DNA from: an uncultured Acidobacteriota bacterium
GTDB taxonomy: Bacteria > Acidobacteriota > JAQAZP01
Assembly (NCBI GenBank): GCA_963836075.1
Contig: CAWIIB010000009.1
Coordinates: forward strand, 672,001-736,000
Length of the DNA: 64,000 bases
Direction: 5' to 3'
The notes beneath the pieces are model-generated. The model made no database searches, was not told where the DNA came from, and saw nothing but the letters and a program-made list of their open reading frames with translations. Each line of letters opens with the position of its first letter. Position 1 is the stretch's first letter. Positions 46,110 through 55,740 of the stretch are shown piece by piece. A program made the position numbers and the translations under genes.

Positions 46110-46577
46110 TCAGGCAATGAGGTCTTTTTTCAGAAGCCAGGCCTCCCGGCGTGGTGTGGCTTCACGGGTTGCCGCCACAAAGCTCATCTCGGTGGCTCGC
46201 CAGAGCGCGGTGGGGGTGCAGGGAGGTTCCAGGCCAACCACCTGGATTTCTGGGGTTGTTTCCCGGACAACCTGATCGACTATGGAGAGCAGGTAGCCGA
46301 GGCCGGTGCCATGATCGAGGCTGTCGGGCCGGGCGGCCAGTTTCGAGAGATCATCGATCAGCATCACCTCCCCCGGATTTCCCAGGCCGGTGACCTCGTC
46401 GACGAACACCACCCGCTCGCACTCTTCCACCAGTTCAAGGAGGTTGTTCTGGGAGAGACTGCCGTCCACCACCTCGACACCGTGGGGAAGTTCACGCTGG
46501 GCCAGCTGGTCGAATACCTGCGGACCGGCCGAGTCGCCGTCCGCATGACGTTTACCGATACAAATGATGCGTATCAT
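46110..46577 (-). CDS. Hydrogenase maturation protease-like protein
   Basis: IICIGK...GDSAGP, VEVVDG, VVFVDEV, SLDHG. Confidence 0.7.
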   Translation of the reverse strand: MIRIICIGKRHADGDSAGPQVFDQLAQRELPHGVEVVDGSLSQNNLLELVEECERVVFVDEVTGLGNPGEVMLIDDLSKLAARPDSLDHGTGLGYLLSIVDQVVRETTPEIQVVGLEPPCTPTALWRATEMSFVAATREATPRREAWLLKKDLIA

Positions 46578-46703
46578 CCCCTCTATCTCCGATGCTGAGT
46601 GTCGACAGATCCCCTTGGCCAATGCCGTTCTTTTCGGCATTCGGCCGTCCCCAATCAAGAGATAGTCCGCTGTCTCGATAGAATTTTTTTGGGGCTGGCT
46701 GGT

Positions 46704-47930
46704 TCACACCAGAAACGCGTCGGGAACATCCAGGATGCGGGCAATCTCCAGCACCCGCGACTTCACGTCAAATCCCAGGGCACAGGCGGCGCCGCAGGAG
46801 CGGCAACCGGCGCAGGGGATATCGGCGGGTGTCAACGAGCCCAGGGCCATCCTCGCCTTCCCCGGCTGCCGGTGCCCGTACGCATACATATACCCCCGCA
46901 TCAGCGTGGGGATATCCAGCTCCGCCGGGCAGCCGGCCAGGCAGGCGGAACATTGCTGGCAGAAAAGCCCGGCGAGTTTCTGCTCCTCCCCCAGCTTGAG
47001 ATCCTGACGTTCTTCAGGGGTCAGCTCCGGGTCCCGCATCACCTCCAGGTCCTCGTTCATCTCCTCGTAACTGGAGAAGGCAGGGATGGTGGTGTGCACA
47101 TTTTCGTCGGCCAGCACCCATTTGAGGGCCGCCTTCATATTGATCTTTCGCAGGCGTAACCGGTCCCAGTAGACACCGGCCTGGGTCTTCATCGCCACCA
47201 CCCCCACCCCGGCGCCGGCCGCCGCGGCAATGGCCCTGCGCACCTCTTCGCGGTGGGTCTGCCGGAAGTTGTAGGCGGTGACCACCACGTCCCAGAAGCC
47301 GCTCTCGGCCGCCGCCCGGATCACCTCCGGTTCCCGCTGGTGGGTGATCAGCCCCGCAAAGCGGGTCTTGCCCGCTTTTTTGAGCCGCCCGTAGGCCTCG
47401 ATGTACGGCTCGTGCAGCGCGGCCTCGCGGCTCCCCACCGAAGCCATGTAGTAGATGTCCACGTGGTCGAGGCCCAGACGCCGCAGGCTGCCGTCCATCG
47501 ATTCGATGATCCGTGCCGGGTCGGCCTCCCTGCCGATATCCAGTGAGCGGTCCTGACCGAAGCGGTAGGGCAGGTCAGGGCTGGTGGCGACGACAAAGGA
47601 ATCCCTCGGCCGCCCCTTGAACACCTCACCGAGCAGCCGCTCGTGCCTCTCCTCGCCGTAGCCGCTGGAGGTGTGGAGGTAGACGATCCCCTCGTCCAGG
47701 GCGGAGCGGGCGAGGTTGATCGCGTAGCTGGATCCCATGCTGACGATGGGAAGACTGAGCCCGGTGCGCCCCAGGGTTCGGCAGACCGGGGCCGCGGCCG
47801 ATGCCGGCGCAGCCGGTTCCGGGGGCGGCTGGGGCGAACAGGCCGGCGAAGCGGTCAGTGCCGCACCGGCAAGGCCGGCCGCCCCCGCTTTCAGAAAGAT
47901 TCTCCTGGTCGGCACGCGGTCACGGCTCAT
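46704..47930 (-). CDS. Aldo/keto reductase with Tat motif and C-terminal Fe-S domain
   Basis: TRRIFLK; RTLGRTGL; SLRRLGLDHVDIY; CQQCSACLAGCP and CAGCRSCGAAC. Confidence 0.88.
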   Translation of the reverse strand: MSRDRVPTRRIFLKAGAAGLAGAALTASPACSPQPPPEPAAPASAAAPVCRTLGRTGLSLPIVSMGSSYAINLARSALDEGIVYLHTSSGYGEERHERLLGEVFKGRPRDSFVVATSPDLPYRFGQDRSLDIGREADPARIIESMDGSLRRLGLDHVDIYYMASVGSREAALHEPYIEAYGRLKKAGKTRFAGLITHQREPEVIRAAAESGFWDVVVTAYNFRQTHREEVRRAIAAAAGAGVGVVAMKTQAGVYWDRLRLRKINMKAALKWVLADENVHTTIPAFSSYEEMNEDLEVMRDPELTPEERQDLKLGEEQKLAGLFCQQCSACLAGCPAELDIPTLMRGYMYAYGHRQPGKARMALGSLTPADIPCAGCRSCGAACALGFDVKSRVLEIARILDVPDAFLV

Positions 47931-47993
47931 GGGATTCACCTCACGAAAGCCCGGACACTATGAATATCCAGGAGAGACTTGGTGCGGAGCGGC

Positions 47994-48338
47994 CTACATC
48001 TGCTCCAGGCACTCCAGGGGCACCCAGCCCACTGCTCCGGACGGCACCTCACCCCAGAGCCAGTCACTCTCGATGAGCAGGCAGTGGATGTAGTCGCCCT
48101 CCTCCACCGCCAGCTCGGTGGAGTCATAGTCCCGGTTCATCACGCAGAACTGGCCATCCACCTCCACCCAGGCCTCGGGCACCCATCCGGCCTGGCCGTC
48201 CTTGCTCCTGACCCAGAGCCACCCTTCCCACTCCGTGTCGCGGCGCTCGAACCGCAGCTGCTCACCGGCGAAGAGTGTCAGCGGCTCTGTCTCATCCGGC
48301 TCGTGGGCCCTGATGACCCGGAAACGCTCAAAGTACAT
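47994..48338 (-). CDS. Tandem SH3-domain protein
   Basis: GWLW...GWVPEAWV; DYDSTELAVEEGD...GWVPLECL. Confidence 0.82.
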   Translation of the reverse strand: MYFERFRVIRAHEPDETEPLTLFAGEQLRFERRDTEWEGWLWVRSKDGQAGWVPEAWVEVDGQFCVMNRDYDSTELAVEEGDYIHCLLIESDWLWGEVPSGAVGWVPLECLEQM

Positions 48339-48352
48339 CGCAATCCCCTCAG

Positions 48353-49033
48353 TCAGGTCTCATGGTTTCCGGCCGCCTGGTCAGGAAAGCCCATCAGCAG
48401 CCGGTTCTTCGGCGTGATCTCTTCCGGAATCAACCGGGTAACCACCTGGTAACCGGCCTGGCGAAGCCTGGCCGCCCTGGTGAGATCCACGGCCAGAGGG
48501 CCGTCCACCCAGCCCTCCAGACCGCCGGTTGCCGATCGCTCCAGGTCGTGGCAACAGGGCAGAACAGCCACCCGCGCCCCGGCCTCCATTGCCAGGTCGA
48601 GCACCGTGTCGCTGAGCGAACCACAGGCGTGGGCCGAAACCGCCAGATCGCCGGGGAGCAGCTGGAAGGTCTGCAGCGGTGCGTCCACAAACCGCACGCG
48701 GTTCTCCAGCCGCGGCCAGGCAGCGGTCACCGCCCGGGACAGCTTCCGGGCATTCTTCGGAATCCGCTGGTCCACCACCACCGCCTCCGGCGAGCTGTCG
48801 TCGAGAAGCAGCATGATCTGGGCCAGCAGCCCGTGCCCGCCGGCGAAGTCCACCACCCGGCCTCCGCGGAACCGACGGCGCACCCGGCGGGCGAACTCCC
48901 ACGATTCAAAAAGCTCCTTGGCCGGCAGCGTCCCGGCAGAGCAGACCGCTCGCGCGATCCGGTCAAACAGCGTCTCCCCGGGGAACTCCGCCAGTTGTCT
49001 GTTGGTGAGTCTGCTCTTGGAGGATCTCTTCAT
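48353..49033 (-). CDS. Methyltransferase (Methyltransf_32-like)
   Basis: VVDFAGGHGLL, SAHACGSLSD, VLPCCH, ITPKNRLL. Confidence 0.85.
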   Translation of the reverse strand: MKRSSKSRLTNRQLAEFPGETLFDRIARAVCSAGTLPAKELFESWEFARRVRRRFRGGRVVDFAGGHGLLAQIMLLLDDSSPEAVVVDQRIPKNARKLSRAVTAAWPRLENRVRFVDAPLQTFQLLPGDLAVSAHACGSLSDTVLDLAMEAGARVAVLPCCHDLERSATGGLEGWVDGPLAVDLTRAARLRQAGYQVVTRLIPEEITPKNRLLMGFPDQAAGNHET

Positions 49034-49277
49034 TGCCCCACTCCCGATCCTACTCCACATGTCCATAATACTCATTTCAACTCGCCCGGTGAATTGAAAG
49101 ATTCGCCGCCCCGGGAAATTGCCGATTGACGATCTGGCCGGTAGGGATTATGTTGGTGAAAACAAAGACCGCCTGATGATGATCATGTGTGGTGATGGTC
49201 TCACTGCTCCGGCGAACGGGCTGGCAATCGCCTGCGGCAAAGACAGCTGCGAACCGCTGCAAAGGGGGTATCATTCA

Positions 49278-50687
49278 ATGAAATACACGGCCTTTCTTCT
49301 CTGCCTGATGCTGATGCTGTTCGGCGCAACCACCGCCCGTGCCGATGACGAGGCTCCCGGGTACACCCACGAAGAGTACTACGAGCACTATGAGGGCACA
49401 GCCACCTGCCTGGAGTGCCACGAGGAGGAGGCCACATCCTTCTTTCACTCCCAGCACTACCAGTGGCAGGGGGAAGCGCCGGCGATCACCGGCTCGGGGA
49501 CCCAAAAATATGGCAAGATGAACACGATCAACGATTTCTGCACCAACCCGCTGGCCAGCTGGATCGGCGAGGCCGTGAACAGTGACGGCAACGTCATTTC
49601 CCGCGGCTGCTCCCAGTGCCACGCCGGCCTGGGCAAGCTGCCTTCGGCGACCATCTCCAGGGAGCAGCTGGAGAACATCGACTGCCTCTTCTGCCACGTC
49701 AAAGGCTACCGCCGCAGCCTCTACAAGTCGGATGACGGCGAGTGGGAATGGCGGCCGATCCTCTGGAACAACCAGGAGGGGATGGACGAGGTGAGCAAGC
49801 GGATCTCGGCGCCCACCCGGACCATGTGCCTGCGCTGCCACTCGGGGTCCGGAGGCGGCCAGAACTTCAAGCGCGGCGACCTCGAGTATGCGCTGCGCGA
49901 CTGCGACCGGGAGTTCGACGTGCACATGGCATCAGAGGGTGAGAACCTGACCTGCGCCAACTGCCATGCCGGTGGCGACCACCGGGTGCTTGGCCGGGGC
50001 ACCGACCTGGCGGGCACCGACCTGCCCGGCAGATCGATCAACTGCGACGGGGCGTGCCACGGCCAGGCACCGCACAAGGCCAAGGCGTTGAACCACCACT
50101 GTGAAAAGATCTACTGCACCGTCTGCCACATCCCGGAGTTCGCCAAGGAAGATGCCACCGACATGTTCCGCGACTGGTCCACGCCGGTGCACAAGACGGA
50201 CATCAACAAGTACACGCCCACCATCCACCTGGAAAAGGATGTGCAGCCGGCCCTGGCCTGGTACAACGGGATGACCACCATGCAGTTCATGGGCCAGCCG
50301 GCCACGACCCTCGACGACGGCACCGTGGGGATCATGATCCCCGAAGGCAGCCGCGAGGATCCGAAGTCGCGGCTCTACGCCTTCAAGCTGCGCCACTCCA
50401 GCCTGCCGATACTGAAGAAAGAGCGCTGGCTGATCCCCATCGCCGTGGAAAGCTACTTTGTTGACGGTGACGTGGACCACGCGGTGAGCGAGGCGGCTGA
50501 GGTCAGCTACGGCATCGAGCACCCGGACTACGAGTGGATCCAGACCACCCGCTACATGGGCATTTTCCACGAGGTGCAGCCCAGGGAGGCGGCCCTGGGC
50601 TGTCTCGACTGCCACAGCGAGAACGGACGGCTGGACTGGAAGGACCTGGGGTACGAGGCCGACCCGCTGGCGCAGTTCTTCGAGTAG
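49278..50687 (+). CDS. Octaheme tetrathionate-reductase (OTR)-like cytochrome c
   Basis: Signal peptide; 7 CxxCH plus one Cx3CH (CDGACH); HYQW...GKMNTINDFC; CH..SGGG..FKRGDL; DVHM. Confidence 0.82.
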   Translation: MKYTAFLLCLMLMLFGATTARADDEAPGYTHEEYYEHYEGTATCLECHEEEATSFFHSQHYQWQGEAPAITGSGTQKYGKMNTINDFCTNPLASWIGEAVNSDGNVISRGCSQCHAGLGKLPSATISREQLENIDCLFCHVKGYRRSLYKSDDGEWEWRPILWNNQEGMDEVSKRISAPTRTMCLRCHSGSGGGQNFKRGDLEYALRDCDREFDVHMASEGENLTCANCHAGGDHRVLGRGTDLAGTDLPGRSINCDGACHGQAPHKAKALNHHCEKIYCTVCHIPEFAKEDATDMFRDWSTPVHKTDINKYTPTIHLEKDVQPALAWYNGMTTMQFMGQPATTLDDGTVGIMIPEGSREDPKSRLYAFKLRHSSLPILKKERWLIPIAVESYFVDGDVDHAVSEAAEVSYGIEHPDYEWIQTTRYMGIFHEVQPREAALGCLDCHSENGRLDWKDLGYEADPLAQFFE

Positions 50688-50693
50688 CGGTGA

Positions 50694-50715
50694 AAGAGGT
50701 GATCGGTCACCTCTT
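50694..50715 (+). terminator. Hairpin downstream of OTR-like gene
   Basis: AAGAGGTGA-TCGG-TCACCTCTT followed by CTT. Confidence 0.55.
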
Positions 50716-50734
50716 CTTCGTCAGGACGTGGGCG

Positions 50735-50860
50735 AAAAAACGCCGGCTGGGGTTCGAGAGCAAGGCGACGGCTGATGAGAAAGCGCAGCATACTCTAGAT
50801 GGTATGTGAGCATTTCGAATAAGCCGTCAACGATGCCCTCGGGCCTCAGACGGCGTTTTT
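50735..50860. repeat. ~125-bp nested palindromic REP/MITE-like element
   Basis: Ends AAAAACGCCGGCTGGGG / CCTCAGACGGCGTTTTT (15/17 complementary); inner arms GACGGCT/AGCCGTC and CATAC/GTATG. Confidence 0.65.
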
Positions 50861-51233
50861 AGTCCAGCCGGTCAAAGACCTTCTTCGTAATCTCCGACTC
50901 CACGCTGCCGGTGTGGGCAATACCCGCCGGCTCGAAGAGCAGCAGCTTGACGTGGCCGTGGGGGATCACCCGGTGCTCCACGCCCCGCCCGACGATGCAG
51001 AACTCGCCGGTGTGCAGCCAGGTGGGTTCCTTCACCCCCTTCTCCAGCACCTCCAGTTCCCCGTCGAGGACGCAGAACAGTTCGTCCTCGTCCAGGTGGG
51101 TGTGCCACGGGACCTTGTCCCCCTCGCAGCGGACCAGCATCACCAGCTGGCCATTCAGTTCACCCACAACCTTCGGCGAAAACATGTCGTCGAACCGGTC
51201 AAAGCAGTCGGCGATATTTATCACTTTCGCCAT
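50859..51233 (-). CDS. Cupin-domain protein
   Basis: FSPKVVGELNG, WHTHLDEDELF, GVEHR, LLFEP. Confidence 0.9.
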   Translation of the reverse strand: MAKVINIADCFDRFDDMFSPKVVGELNGQLVMLVRCEGDKVPWHTHLDEDELFCVLDGELEVLEKGVKEPTWLHTGEFCIVGRGVEHRVIPHGHVKLLLFEPAGIAHTGSVESEITKKVFDRLD

Positions 51234-51296
51234 GATGGCCTCCTTTCAACCGTCGTGACGTGCCCGTCACCCGGCCATACCCGCCTCCCGCAAAGG

Positions 51297-54200
51297 CTAC
51301 TCGAGACGGCCCACGGCAGCGCGGCCGCCGCAGTTGATCCAGCCGTCGTAAGCAAGGAAGTCGATCCCTGAAATGGCGGAGACCGGCCCGCCGTCGAGAT
51401 TCCAGCCCTTGAGGTGGGCCAGGGCCAGGGGGTCCGGACCGGGAGCGGTGAGGACCTCGTCGATCCCGTCACCGTCCAGGTCGCCCGCGCTGACCACCGC
51501 ACCGAAGCTGGTGGGGTAGGCGAACCAGCTGGCGCCGGCCAGCGGTTGGGCGGTGCCGCCGTCCACGTTCCAGCCGCGGACGTGGGCGCCAAAGATGGAA
51601 CCCGGCCCCGGGCCGGTGACGATCTCGTCCATACCGTCCCCGTCCAGGTCACCGCAGGCCACGTTGACGCCCCACTTCAGGGTGCCGTAAGCAAAGTAGC
51701 TCACCCCGGGAATCGGAACCGTGCTCCCGCCCCCGTCATGGTTCCAGCCCCTGACGTGGGGCCCGAACACCGCGCCGGGTCCGGCGCCGGTGACGATCTC
51801 GTCCATGCCGTCCCCGTCGATGTCGCCGCAGGCCACGTTGACCCCGTACCTCAGTGTGCCGTAGGCAAAGAAACTCGTCCCGGGAATGGGAACCGTGGTC
51901 CCGCCCCCGTCGTTGTTCCAGCCGCGAACGTGGGGCCCGAACACCGCGCCGGGTCCGGCGCCGGTGACGATCTCGTCGTTCCCGTCCCCATCGATGTCAC
52001 CGCAGGCCACGTTGACCCCGTACTTCAGCGTACCGTACGCCAGGAAGTTGACCCCGGACAGTGCCTGCCCGTCAGGCCGCCAGCCGCGGACGTGGGGGCC
52101 GTAGATGTCACCGGGCCCCGCGCCGGTGATCACCTCGTCCAGCCCGCTGCCGTCCAGGTTGCCGCAGGCCACGTTGACCCCGTATCCCGAAGCCCCGTAA
52201 GCCAGCCACTGGGCCCGGGAGGTGCGCACCAGCGGCGGGCAGGTGGGACCGGGCCCGGGTCCGGTGACCAGCGAGGCCCAGGCCGGCCCGGCAGCCCAGT
52301 TTTCCACCTGGAATGTACGAACCGCCGGCGAGGGGTCCTCCACGTTACCGCTGTTTCGCGCACGGACGTAAAAGACGTGTTCGCCCGGGGCAAGGCTGCT
52401 GAATGTCGCCCTGTCCAGGCCGCTGAACTCCGACCAGTCGCCGTCGTCCAGGCGGCAGGAGAACTGCAGCGACTCCGGCGGGTCCTCGCTGTCGCTGCCG
52501 GTGAAGGTGAAGGTGAGCAGCGGGGAGTCCACCGTGCCCTGCGGCCCGGAGGTGATCGATGTGTCCGGTGTGGGCAGGGCCAGCGGGGTGTGGGGGTCGC
52601 CGATGAGGGTCAGCTCGAAGTAACACCAGCGGTTGGTCATGCTGTCCGAGGTTTCCACCAGACCCACCAGGTCGTGCTTGCTCAGCTGGTTTGCCTTGCC
52701 CACGTTGCGGTCGCCCATCTCCAGCAGCCGCTGGAAAAGCGCCCGCTGGAACTCGCCGCTGAAGAAGTTTTCCCCGGTGGGATCGAACCAGCCGTAGCGG
52801 GAGTTCATGATCACCGAGAAGGCGCCGAACTGCTCGCGGTTGACCAGTTTCTCGGCGAAGCAATCCGCGGAATCGAAGGACCCTGAATAGCAGCCGCAGC
52901 TGGACGCGAGAAACAGGCCGCTGTTGTAGAGCGAGTCCGTGTCCCAATTGTTGAGCCGCAGGCAGTAGTTGATCCAGGCGTGTCCGTCGTGGGCCACCAG
53001 GTGTGGCGAGTCGTTGAGCGCGGCGAGGCATTCCTCCGCCCCCCACTGGTCCCAGTGGTATGGCCGGTCGTCAAGCCAGGTCTTCTGGAAATCGTCGAAG
53101 TGCTCGGCCACCCGGTCGAGGTTGGCTCCGCCCTGACCGTGGTTGCCGTCATAGTTGCCCAGATATTCGCCGAGAAACAGCGCCTGGTCGTGGCGATGGT
53201 GGCCGTTGGTCTCGTAGCCGATAGTCTTGGCGACAAAATTCTCCACCTCGTCCCAGGTCTGCACCGGCGCCCGGCCGATCCAGACCTCGGCCAGCAGGTC
53301 CACGTCGCCCCCGCCGGCGCCATCGTTCGGCTCGCCCCAGATGTCGTCTCCGTCGTGGTTCCAGGGGCCGTCAAGAGCACCGAAATAGAGTTCGGTGGGG
53401 ATGTAAGCCGACTCGTATTCCTCCTCCCAGCTCTCAGCCGCCGCTCCACGGGAGAACCCGTAACATTGCCGGAAGGGGATTTCGCGTATGTCACCGCCAA
53501 GCAGTACGTATTCAACCCCCCAGTCGAGGTAGGCGTCACGGATGTACTGCCGCAGTTCGTCGGCATCATCCACGCCGTTGTAAGCAGCATAGATGTCGTC
53601 GATATCCGCGGTCTTCACCCGCAGGCCGCAGGCCTCCTTCTGTTCGATGAGCGGCTGGAAGGGGGAGAGCAGCGCCTCCGAGGTGATCAGCAGGTAGTCG
53701 TAGCCGGCGGTGGCGCCCCGGCGCCGCTCCTCCGCCGCCCGGGCATAGAGCCCGATGGCCGAAGGGTTGTCGACGAAGGCGGCCACATCGGCCGAGCGGT
53801 CACGCACCCCCAGCATGGCCGGGCCGTCCCGGTTGTCGTCCTTCGGCGAGACGGTCAGTTCCAGACGCAGCGCGGACTGGAAGACCAGCCGGCCGCTCTT
53901 CGGCCGGTACTGCACCGGGTAGAGCCGGACAATGGCGATGTCATACCCGCACCAGCGCTGCACCGAGACCAGCTCAGCTCGATCAGACGGGTATGGCTCG
54001 TCCGATCTGTAGATGGCGGCCAGCGGCCGGTCGTTTTCCGCGGCCCGGTTCAGCGCCGTCTGGCTCGAACTCAGCGGCATCGGCGTCCGGGCAAAGGCCA
54101 GCGGGTGGGCCACCTGCAGCGTTCTCGCCGGGACCGTGGGCTGAACCCGCACCCCGAGCACGTTGCTTCCGGGCGGCAGAAGAATCTTTGCCGTGCGGAA

Positions 54201-54419
54201 CGGGACCAGCGGCTCTCCGGACCGCTGGAGCACCAGGCAGTCGTCCACCCGGAGGCGGGTCTCACCCGTGGTTACCGTCATTGCTGGAGAGTTGAAGTGA
54301 TAGGCCACCGAAACAGCGCTCGTCCGCGCCACCGGCGATTGTTCGGCCGGAACGGGAGAAGATATGACGAGCAGGGCGGCCAGGACAAGGATCACATACA
54401 TGAAATGATTGCGGGACAT
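51297..54419 (-). CDS. C25 (gingipain-like) cysteine protease with propeptide, Ig-like domain and FG-GAP-like C-terminal module
   Basis: DYLLIT, YVLLGGD, EVWIGRAPV, catalytic H(DGH) and C(GCYSG), LIGDP; 58-aa (174-bp) C-terminal repeats at 51661, 51835 and 52009. Confidence 0.9.
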   Translation of the reverse strand: MSRNHFMYVILVLAALLVISSPVPAEQSPVARTSAVSVAYHFNSPAMTVTTGETRLRVDDCLVLQRSGEPLVPFRTAKILLPPGSNVLGVRVQPTVPARTLQVAHPLAFARTPMPLSSSQTALNRAAENDRPLAAIYRSDEPYPSDRAELVSVQRWCGYDIAIVRLYPVQYRPKSGRLVFQSALRLELTVSPKDDNRDGPAMLGVRDRSADVAAFVDNPSAIGLYARAAEERRRGATAGYDYLLITSEALLSPFQPLIEQKEACGLRVKTADIDDIYAAYNGVDDADELRQYIRDAYLDWGVEYVLLGGDIREIPFRQCYGFSRGAAAESWEEEYESAYIPTELYFGALDGPWNHDGDDIWGEPNDGAGGGDVDLLAEVWIGRAPVQTWDEVENFVAKTIGYETNGHHRHDQALFLGEYLGNYDGNHGQGGANLDRVAEHFDDFQKTWLDDRPYHWDQWGAEECLAALNDSPHLVAHDGHAWINYCLRLNNWDTDSLYNSGLFLASSCGCYSGSFDSADCFAEKLVNREQFGAFSVIMNSRYGWFDPTGENFFSGEFQRALFQRLLEMGDRNVGKANQLSKHDLVGLVETSDSMTNRWCYFELTLIGDPHTPLALPTPDTSITSGPQGTVDSPLLTFTFTGSDSEDPPESLQFSCRLDDGDWSEFSGLDRATFSSLAPGEHVFYVRARNSGNVEDPSPAVRTFQVENWAAGPAWASLVTGPGPGPTCPPLVRTSRAQWLAYGASGYGVNVACGNLDGSGLDEVITGAGPGDIYGPHVRGWRPDGQALSGVNFLAYGTLKYGVNVACGDIDGDGNDEIVTGAGPGAVFGPHVRGWNNDGGGTTVPIPGTSFFAYGTLRYGVNVACGDIDGDGMDEIVTGAGPGAVFGPHVRGWNHDGGGSTVPIPGVSYFAYGTLKWGVNVACGDLDGDGMDEIVTGPGPGSIFGAHVRGWNVDGGTAQPLAGASWFAYPTSFGAVVSAGDLDGDGIDEVLTAPGPDPLALAHLKGWNLDGGPVSAISGIDFLAYDGWINCGGRAAVGRLE

Positions 54420-54677
54420 GGCTGGCACTCCCTTTGATGAGGCGCCCGCCGGATAGCCCGGGCAGCACCGGGGAGGCAGAACCCACCCCCGATCCGGGAG
54501 CCGTCACAGCGACGCGTTCGCTCCGGCAAGGCACCAGGCAATAACCCGTAAAAAAGATTATACAACGCAGGAAATCAGTTATTTTCTGAAATATACTTCA
54601 CGCGTAGAAATGCAACAGATCCCGCCGTCGGAGACGTTTATCTGCAAGACACGCGCAGCCCTCTCAGTTCCTCCTGG

Positions 54678-55352
54678 TCAATCAACCACCGTCTCGCAGA
54701 AGGTTGACGACCCGTCCACTTCGCTGACCTCGGGCACCAGACCCAGCTGCTGCCAGAGCTGCCGGAAATCCTCGGGGCGCATATACCCGGCCTCGAAACC
54801 GTCCTGACAGACGATCATACCTTCCCGGGTGGCTTCGCGGTCGATGGTCCCGATCAGGCCGTGTGACGCCTGCCGTTCGAACCACTCCAGCCGGTGGTCC
54901 CAGAACCCCCTGGCGTAGCTGGAGAAGATCACCCGCCCCCCGGGCCGGCAGACCCGCACCGCCTCGCGGACCAGGCTCTCCCGGTCCACACCAAAGGTGG
55001 CAATCCCGTTCTGCAGGCAGAGAACCACATCGAACTGCCCGTCCCTGAAGCTCATGGACGACGCATCCATGTCAATAAATTGACACATGGCCCCCGGGCA
55101 CATGGTCTGCCGGGCCAGCTCGAGGCTCTGCGCCGCGGTGTCGATACCTACCAGGCGGCCGGCATCACTGGAGAGCCGGGCCAGCACCCGGCCATAGCCG
55201 CAGCCCAGTTCCAGGACCTCGTCGCCGGGGGAAAGCCGTGAACGGACGTGGCCGATCTCGGCTTCGAGATACTGCAGCACCCGCGGCGTGGCCAGTTCGT
55301 AGCAGTGCCGCAACCGGTGACCGGACAGGTTTTCCGCATAGTAGGAGCGCAC
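54678..55352 (-). CDS. Class I SAM-dependent methyltransferase
   Basis: VLELGCGYGR, FDVVLC, RVCRPGG. Confidence 0.88.
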   Translation of the reverse strand: MRSYYAENLSGHRLRHCYELATPRVLQYLEAEIGHVRSRLSPGDEVLELGCGYGRVLARLSSDAGRLVGIDTAAQSLELARQTMCPGAMCQFIDMDASSMSFRDGQFDVVLCLQNGIATFGVDRESLVREAVRVCRPGGRVIFSSYARGFWDHRLEWFERQASHGLIGTIDREATREGMIVCQDGFEAGYMRPEDFRQLWQQLGLVPEVSEVDGSSTFCETVVD

Positions 55353-55626
55353 TCAGAGCACCATCTTCACGCCTTCGATATTGTGCAGCTCGGCGTCGAT
55401 CCTGTTCATGGCCTCACGGGATTCCACCACGGTGGTGATGCTGTAGCTGACGTAGGTGCCGTTCTTCGACTTGCTCCCCCGGACCACCGGGGCTTCGACC
55501 CCCAATCCCATCAGCACTGTTTCGATGACAAAAGCCATCTTTTCGTGGTCCTCGGCGATCACCCGGGTACTGGCATTCCAGGGGAAACTCGAGGTTGGCT
55601 GGATCCAAAGCACAGCTGTCGTTCAT
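55353..55626 (-). pseudogene. DUF493/YbeD-like ACT protein with +1 frameshift at ~55564
   Basis: MNDSCALDPANLEFPLECQY + RVIA...SKNGTYVSYSIT...GVKMVL join if one base is removed from CCCGGG. Confidence 0.78.
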
Positions 55627-55740
55627 GCGGCCCCCTTCCGGCTCTCCCTCCGCCACAGCTCCGGGTCCTCGACAGACGGCAGTGCGCGGCAATGAATTCA
55701 ATGATTTTACAAACAGTATCACAATCGGTGGAGACTCGGG

